64,000 nt of DNA. Origin: Felis catus (taxonomy: Eukaryota). Position numbers and translations under genes: made by a program. The stretch covers positions 26,166,001 through 26,230,000 of the forward strand of contig NC_058383.1 in assembly GCF_018350175.1 (NCBI RefSeq). The letters run 5' to 3'. Position 1 is the stretch's first letter, and each line of letters begins with the position of its first letter. The notes under the pieces were generated by a model. It saw only the letters and a program-made list of their open reading frames with translations, was not told where the DNA came from and searched no databases. Positions 28,201 to 37,200 of this stretch are shown here, piece after piece.

Positions 28201-31200
28201 TGCCTCCTAGTAATGTATTTTTTAAAAATATTAAGGGGAAATCTTATGCCTATTGCTATACCTTTCACCCCCTTTCCACTTGATATTTCCACAAGTCTTT
28301 TTGGCCCTGGTGGAAATATTTGTTTTGAATATACAGGAGAAATAAATGCTTATAAAAAATTCATGTAATGAATTGTATGTTCTCATGGATCCATTTAACA
28401 CATATTTAAAGTCCTGTAAAGTTTATTTAAAAACTTAAATGAGATCATACAGCACAGAATTCTGAAATCTGCCCTTTCATTTCATAGTACTGCCAGGACA
28501 GGACGCAAAGCCCATATCCTTTCTACCAGCTCAGGGTATTCCATTGTGTGGATGCACTTTAACCTTTAAGTGACCCCTGTCGATAGCTCTTTCATTGCTT
28601 CCAGTTACTCCCTGATATCAGTAACTATAGCAGTAAACATCCATATAGGTGAACTTTGGCCCATTTATTCCATTTTCTCATCAAGATGAATTTCCCAGCG
28701 TTGGGGTCTGGATTAAACATGTTTCATTTTCATCTGTATTGCTGACTACCCTCTAGAAAAGTGGCATCAGTTTACATTCCACTGGGATGCATGAATGTGC
28801 TCATTTACCTTCAAGGAGGCTATGCTCTTACTTTTTTCTCTCTCTTTCTCTCCCCTTAGATAAGTCTTCTTTACACCTGCCGGCCCTCCCCAAGGCAGTT
28901 CAGAGCATCCAATTCTAATTTCTTCTTCCTGTTGGTGTTGCTGATAGGGCTGTGTTTGGCAATAATACCTCTGACGATCAGCATGGCACGGTAAATATGA
29001 TTTTGTTTTCGAGAACATTTCCTTGCTTCTTGACATGTTCCTCTTTTATATTAAAGGGTCCATTGTGTTCTTTATTGGTTTTCCAAATTCATGGCGTTCC
29101 ATCTGCAGAAGTCAGTAAGTCACTCCTGGTTTAGCCAGGCCCATCGTTGTTTTGGAATCTCTCTCTGGATGCTGGAATGTCTTGGTCCACTTCCAGAACT
29201 TTGGCTGGCTGTGTTGCCAGTGTTTTAGAGTACTGGTTGGGTCTGCCCTCCCCCACTCCCTTTTCCTAGGACCTCTCTGCTGGTATCCTTTTGGATTATT
29301 TCTTTGTTTCTGATTACAAAAATAATACATCTTCATTATAGAAGAATTTGGAGTATCTTCATTGTGACAGGCACTGGGCTCGGTGCTAGGAGTGTGGAGA
29401 CGATTCAGACATGGCACAAGGAATGTTGAGTCTAGTGTAGAATTTGGTAGGAGCAGAAATGCTTAAGACTAGGGATCAGAAGTTGAGTGTTCAGACCCCA
29501 GTGACCCTACTCCTTAAGAGTATAACCATTTATACCAAAGGCCAACAAACATTTTCTGTAAAGAGGAATCCTAAATATTTAGGCTTTGTGGCCATATGGT
29601 GTTGGTAGCAACTGTTCAACCCTCCTGTGGCATCACGAAAACAGCTGTAGACAGTATACAAACTAATGGGCATGACTTATTCCAATAAAACTTTACTTAT
29701 AAAAAACAGATGGTGGGCCACATTTGACACTACGGCTATAGTTTACCAGTCTCTCTGACTTATATTCTCATGGAATTCCATTTCTTCATCTTTCAGTTAA
29801 AATCCTTGAACTTTTCTGTCTCTCAGATTTTATTTTTTAACCAATTTGACTGTATATCTTTATTGTTTTTTATTATAGTAATAGATGTTATGTTTAAAAA
29901 AACTGTACACAAGGGTGTAAATGAAAGAGAAACAAATTTCCCATTATCCTCCCTTAGTTGCACTCCACCAAGGTAACCACTATGAATATTTTAATATTAA
30001 TATTTAATATATTAATTATTCAGTATATTAATATAAATATATTACTTCCAGAAATTCATATGAACACTATTTATTTTTTAAAATATTTTTAATTTAAAAT
30101 CATTAACATTAAAAATTAATTAATTTAAAGTTAAATTAATTTAAAATTATTAAAATATTAAGTTTTAATTATTTGATATATTAATAAATATATTTATTTC
30201 AACCCAAAATTCATATGAACACCATTTATTTTAAAAAATATTTTTAATTTAGGGGCGCCTGGGTGGCTCAGTTGGTTGAGCATCCGACTTCAGGTCGGGT
30301 CATGATCTCACGGTTCGTGGGTTCCAGCCCCGCATCGGGCTCTGTGGTGACAGCTCAGAGCCTGGAGTCTGCTTCGTTCGGATTCTGTGTCTCCCTCTCT
30401 CTCTGCCCCTCCCCTGCTCACACACTGTCTCTCAAAAATAAATAAATGTTAAAAAAAATTAACAAAATGTTTTTAATTTAAAATCATTAAAGTTTTTTTT
30501 TTAATTTTTTTTCAACGTTTTTATTTATTTTTGGGACAGAGACAGAGCACGAACGGGGAAGGGGCAGAGAGAGAGGGAGACACAGAATCGGAAACAGGCT
30601 CCAGGCTCTGAGCCATCAGCCCAGAGCCTGACGCAGGGCTCGAACTCACGGACCGCGAGATCGTGACCTGGCTGAAGTCATACGCTTAACCGACTGCGCC
30701 ACCCAGGCGCCCCAAAAAATCATTAAAGTTTTTTAATGATTTTAAATTTTAAAATTAATTTAAAAGTATTAAAATATTAAAATTTAATTGTTTAATGTAT
30801 TAATATTAATATATTTATTACTTCCAGAAAGTCATATGCACACTATTTATTTTTATTTATTTTTTCCTTTTTTATTTTATTTTATTTATTTTTACTTATT
30901 TATTTTTTTAATATGAAATTTATTGTCAAATTGGTTTCCATACAACACCCAGTGCTCATCCCAACAGGGTACCCTCCTCAATACCCATAGCCCATCCTCC
31001 CCTCCCTCCCACCCCCCCATCAACCCTCAGTTTGTTCTCAGTTTTTAAGAGTCTCTTATGATTTGGCTCCCTCCCTCTCTAACCTCTTTTTTTTTTTCTT
31101 CCCCTCCCCCATGGTCTTCTGTTAAGTTTCTCAGGATCCACATAAGAGTGAAACCATATGGTATCTGTCTTTTTCTGTATGGCTTATTTCACTTAGCATA

Positions 31201-34200
31201 ACACTCTCCAATTCCATCCACGTTGCTACAAAAGGCCATATTTTATTCTTTCTCATTGCCACATAGTGTTCCATTGTGTATATAAACCACAATTTCTTTA
31301 TCCATTCATCAGTAGATGGACATTTAGGCTCTTTCCATAATTTGGCTATTGTTGAAAGTGCTGCTATAAACATTGGGGTACAAGTGCCCTCTGCATCAGC
31401 ACTCCTGTATCCCTTGGGTAAATTCTCAGTAGTGTTATTGCTGGATCATAGGGTGGATCTATTTTTAATTTTTTGAGGAACCTCCACACTGTTTTCCAGA
31501 GCAGCTGCACCAGTTTGCATTCCCACCAACAGTGCAAGAGGGTTTCCGTTTCTCCACATCCTCTCCAGCATCTATAGTCTCCTGATTTGTTCATTTTGGC
31601 CACTCTGACTGGCGTGAGGTGATATCTGAGTGTGGTTTTGATTTGTATTTCCCTGATGAGGAGCGACGTTGAGCATCTTTTCATGTGCCTGTTGGCCATC
31701 CGGATGTCTTCTTTAGGGAAGTGTCTATTCATGTTTTCTGCCCATTTCTTCACTGGATTATTTGTTTTTCGGGTGTGGAGTTTGGTGAGCTCTTTATAGA
31801 TTTTGGATACTAGCCTTTTGTCCGCTATGTCATTGCAAATATCTTTTCCCCATTCCGTCGGTTGCCTTTTAGTTTTGTTGGTTGTTTCCTTTGCAGTGAA
31901 GAAGATTTTTATCTTCATGAGGTCCCAGTAGTTCATTTTTGCTTTTAATTCCCTTGCCTTTGGGGATGTGTCAAGTAAGAAATTGCTGCAGCTGAGGTCA
32001 GAGAGGTTTTTCCTTGCTTTCTCCTCTAGGGTTTTGATGGCTTCCTGTCTCACATTCAGGTCCTTTATCCATTTTGAGTTTGTTTTTGTGAATGGTGTAA
32101 GAAAGTGGTCTAGTTTCATCCTTCTGCATGTTGCTGTCCAGTTCTACCAGCACCATTTGTTAAAGAGGCTGTCTTTTTTCCATTGGATGTTCTTTCCTGC
32201 CTTGTCAAAGATTAGTTGGCCATACTTTTGTGGGTCTAATTCTGGGGTTTCTATTCTATTCCATTGGTCTATGTGTCTGTTTTTGTGCCCGTACCATGCT
32301 GTCTTGATGATTACAGCTTTATAGTAGAGGCTAAAATCTGGGATTGTGATGCCTCCTGCTTTGGTCTTCTTCTTTAAAATTACTTTGGCTATTGGGGGTC
32401 TTTTGTGGTTCCATACAAATTTTAGGATTACTTGTTCTAGCTTTGAGAAGAATGTGGGTGCAATTTTGATTGGGATTGCATTGAATGTGTAGATAGCTTT
32501 GGGTAGTATTGACATTTTAACAATATTTATTCTTCCAATCCATGAGCACGGAATGTTTTTCTATTTCTTTATATCTTCTTCAATTTCCTTCGTAAGCTTT
32601 CTATAATTTTCAGCATACAGATCTTTTACATCTTTGGTTAGAGTTATTCCTAGGTGTTTTATGATTCTTGGTGCAATTGTGAATGGGTCCGTTTCTTTAT
32701 TTGTCTTCCTGTTGCTTCATTATTAGCGTTTAAGAATGCAACTGATTTCTGTACATTGATTTTGTATCCTGCGACTTTGCTGAATTCATGTCTCAGTTCT
32801 AGCAGACTTTTGGTGGAGTCTGTCGGGTTTTCCATGTATAATATCATGTCATCTGCAAAAAGTGAGAGCTTGACTTCATCTTTGCCAATTTTGATGCCTT
32901 TGATTTCCTTTTGTTGTCTGATTGCTGATGCTAGAACTTCCGACACTATGTTAGACAACAGCGGTGAGAGTGGATGGTGGCTTATTTTTTTCGCTTAATT
33001 TTATGATGTGCCCTTTTCCATGCCAGCACATACAGAACTCTCTCATTCCTTTAAAATGTTTTTTTAGCTTTGATTTTTAATATAATAAATAAATATATAT
33101 AATATAAAATATATAAAATATAAAGTTCTACAAAATATGTAATAAATATGTTTACATCCCACAGAATTTAAATAACATAAGAATATATGATGGAAAAAAT
33201 TAATTTTCCAATCCTGTTTCCCAACTATTTTCTGTATGGGAACCAGTCATTTTACATCTCAATGTCTCTTTCAGTGGTTTTTTTTTAGTGTTCTCTTTTA
33301 TGAATGGATCATAAATTGTTCATCCATTGCCTTAAACAATAGTTAGGTTGCTTCCAAGAATGTTTTTTTATCCATAAAAATAGGGCTACAGTGGAAAAGC
33401 TCATACACAGAAGTTAATTTTTTTAGGCCTTAATTACAGATTTTTTGCATTGAATTTTATTTAGTTTTTATTTAGTTTTTTATTTTGAAATATTTCAAAT
33501 GTGTAGAAAAGTTAAAAAAAAATAGCAGTAATAGAGGTTCACATACCCATCAACTGGATGTCCCAGTTGTTAACATTTTGCTACATTTGTTTTATCTCTC
33601 TCTATGCATATGCTTTTTATGGGTGTGGTGACCTATTTGAAATTGTTATAGGCACCATGACATATGTAAGTAATAACCTCAGCCACCCCCATTTTGAGAT
33701 CTGGGTGTGCACAGAAGATATGAGCTAAATACTTGATTGTGCAGCTCCTAAAAATAAGGGTATATTCTCCTCCTCATGCATCTGCAATAACATCACATCT
33801 CAGAAAATGAATACTGTCTTATTCTTGCCATTTTCAAATTTCTCCAATTGTCCCCAACAGTCTTTTAGAGCCTTATTTTTATATTTAAAAAATTTTTTGT
33901 GTGTATTTATTTTTGAGAGAGACAGAGAGAGAGCAAGCATGAGTGGGGGAGGGGCAGAGAGAGAGGGAGACACAGAATCCCAAGCAGGCGCCAGGCTCTG
34001 AGCTGTCATCACAGAGCCTGATGTGGGACTTGAACCCACGAACTGTAAGATCATGACCTGAGCCGACGTCAGATGCCCAACCGACTAAGCCACCCACGTG
34101 CCTCTATAGCCTTTTTTAAAAATGAGGATCTATCTATCCGGGGCGCCTGGGTGGCTCAGTTGGTTGCGTGTCCAACTCTTGATTTCAGCTCAGGTCATGA

Positions 34201-37200
34201 GATCAAGCTCCATGTGGGGCTCCACACTGAGCATGGAGCTTGCTTGGAATTCTCTCTCTCTTTCTCTTTTTCTCTCTCTCCCCCTCTGGTCCTCTCCCCA
34301 ACTCATACACTCTCTCTTTAAAATAAAGTTAAAAAAATTTTTTTAAATAAAATAACATCAGGATCTTTCGAGTTTTACCCATTGCTTTCATTGCCATGTC
34401 TCCTTACTCTCCTTTAATCTTTAATTCTTTGAAAAGTCCACAACTGTTTCCTCCCCTCCAAACTGAGAGATTGGTGCACAAAATCACTACCACCTTCTGG
34501 ATCTATTTGGTTGCTGTCTTACAGTGTCATTTAACTGGCTCTTCTGTGCTACATTTCCTGTACACTGGAAGTCAGTCTACAGATTAGATGGAATTTCAGG
34601 GTCAGCATTTTTGACCAGAATATTCCAGAAGGCCCATAAGATCGGGCTGTTCCTCACAGGTCGCTGGATGACAAAGCCTGCGGCCGGGTGGAGGAGTGGC
34701 ACTCAGCCTGTGCCGCATGCCTCACCCTGAGCCCCTTGGTCTGTGTCCCGGCAGCGTCCCTTCCTCAAAAGCCTGTGGGCCGTTCACCAACTTCAACACC
34801 ACCTGGGAGGTGGTCCCCAAGACAGTGAGCACCTTTCCCAGGTCACTGCAGTCCCTGGTCCATGGCATCACCTCGGAAGCCTTTGCAGTGCCTTTCTTCA
34901 TGATCATCTGGTGAGTAAGAACCGCTTAGACCCTTGCGAGGATTCTCCATTGAGACACGTGGACTCCTCTCCACTGGGAAATGGAAGCCCACCTGTTACG
35001 CTTGATAAGTCACTAAACCTCTGTGAGCCTCACTTTCCCATCTCTAAAATGGGCATAATAATAGTGATTCTTAAAGAGGGTCGTTGAGCGGGTTCATTAA
35101 GATCTTGCAGGTGAAGCCCTGAGCCCATGCCTGACATAAATCCAATGAACTTTGTCGATTAATATTACTGATTATTCACAAAATCACTGGCTCTTTGATA
35201 AAGTAAATCATTACTGGGCAGAGAGAAGAGCACCAGGTTAGACACATGCACTTGAACCCTGGCTCTACTGCTTCTAAGTAGTCTGTGTCCTTTCTGCGCC
35301 TCCATTTCCTCACCTGGAAAATGGGGATAAGAATGGCACATACCTTATAGGGTTGTGACATGAAGGAAATGTGGTTAATGATGTAAAATGCTGGTGCGCC
35401 TGGGTGGCTCAGTCGGTTAAGTGTCCGACTTCAGCTCAGGTTGTGATCTCATAGTTTGTGAGTTTGAGGCCCGTGTCATCGGGCTCTGTGCTGACAGCTC
35501 AGAGCCCGGAGCCTGCTTCGGATTCTGTATCTCCCACTGTCTGCCCCTTCCTCCGTTCCTCTCTCTCTCTCTCTCTCTCTCAAAAATAAACATTAAAAAA
35601 TTTTTTTAATGTAAAATGCATTTTTATTTTATTTTATTTTAATTTTTTTAATGTTTATTTATTTTTGAGAGACAGAGAGCAAGAGAACGAGAGAGAGCAT
35701 GTGTGGGGGAGGGGAAGAGAGAGAGAGGGAGACACAGAATCCGAAGCAGGCTCCAGGCTCTGAGCTGTCAGCACAGAGCCCTACGTGGGGATCAAACTCG
35801 TGACCACAAGATCATGACCTGAGCCGAAGTCGGACGCTTAACTGACTGAGCCACCCAGGCACCCCTAAAATGCATTTTTAAATGTAAAACGCCAGCAGAG
35901 GACCTGGCCCTTAGTAAAGGCTCAGTAAATGACAGGTGTTATATGTCAGGGTGACAAGAGTCATTGCTGCATAGTGATTGATTTTGCGTGTTAAAGTAAT
36001 TCTAATCACAAATGTACATTGAGGGCTTACTGTGTGGTGGCCATGGTTCTAATCACAGTCTTACAGTCTGTCTTCGTTATTCATAGATTTCAGGGTGTTT
36101 TTTTTTCTGTATTGTGAATATGCCTACTTGCTAAAATATTTTACAACCCCCAAAATCAGTTTCAAACCATCAGTTTCATGGTCATTTGTGGACTTGCACA
36201 GAGTAGCAAAAAATTTGAGTCACCCAAAGGGCATTGTCTTAGTCTGTTTGGTCTGCTATAACAAAATATCATAGACTAGGTGGCTTATAACAACAGAAAT
36301 TTATTTCTTACAGTTCTGAAGACTGGGAGTCCAAGATCAGCATGATTAGGGGAGAGCCCTCTTCTGGCTTACAGACTTCTGGTGTCCTCACATAGCAGAA
36401 GGGCTGAGCTAGCTCTCTAGGGTCCCTTTTATCAGGGCACTAATGCCATTTGTGAGGGACCTAATCACCTCCCGGAGGCCCCACCTTCTCATGCCATCAC
36501 CTTGGGATTAGGATTTCAGCGTACGGATTTTGCGGGCACACATTCAGACCATAGCATGCATGTAACCAGCTGAGGTCAAACAAGGCAATAAGCCTGCCAT
36601 CTTCTTTCCGCCTTCATACTACAAATGTCTTTGGTGACCTATTTAGTGCCATGTTTCTTGCATTTTGTGCTTTTGGTGGCTCATTTCCCGGTATAAAACC
36701 GTCCCAAGCGTAGTGCTGAAGTGCTTCTCATGTTCCTAAGTGCAAAGAGGCTGAGATGTGCCTTACAAAGAAAATCTGTATGTTAGATAAGCTTCATTCA
36801 GGCATGGGTTATGGTACTGTTGACACCGAGTTCAGAGTTAAGGAATCAACAATAATGGTAACTAAATCATCTTTAAACAGAAGCAAGATCATGTATTGAT
36901 AGCTGATTTGCTCAATGAATAAGAAACATAAAATAAGGTATTGATCAGTTGACAAAAATGTTGTGACCAGTGACTCAAGGAACCTCCCCTTGTATTTCCC
37001 CTAGGGCCATTGGTTCAGAATTCACTAATCAGGTGTTCCTAGAAGCTTTATAGAATAGAACTACCACAAATAACTAGAATTGATTGTAGCTGGTATGTAT
37101 TAACTGTAATGAATGAAATCATCGCAATTTACCCCATGATAGAGATATTCTTACAGTAAAACCCCACCCAGTGCAAGAAGTGAGCTTCAGAAATGTATTT

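Noticed and set aside
31364..32958. 251-, 123- and 99-aa reverse transcriptase/ORF2 ORFs
   Set aside because: Fragments of one 5'-truncated, disrupted L1; not an active element or a novel RT system
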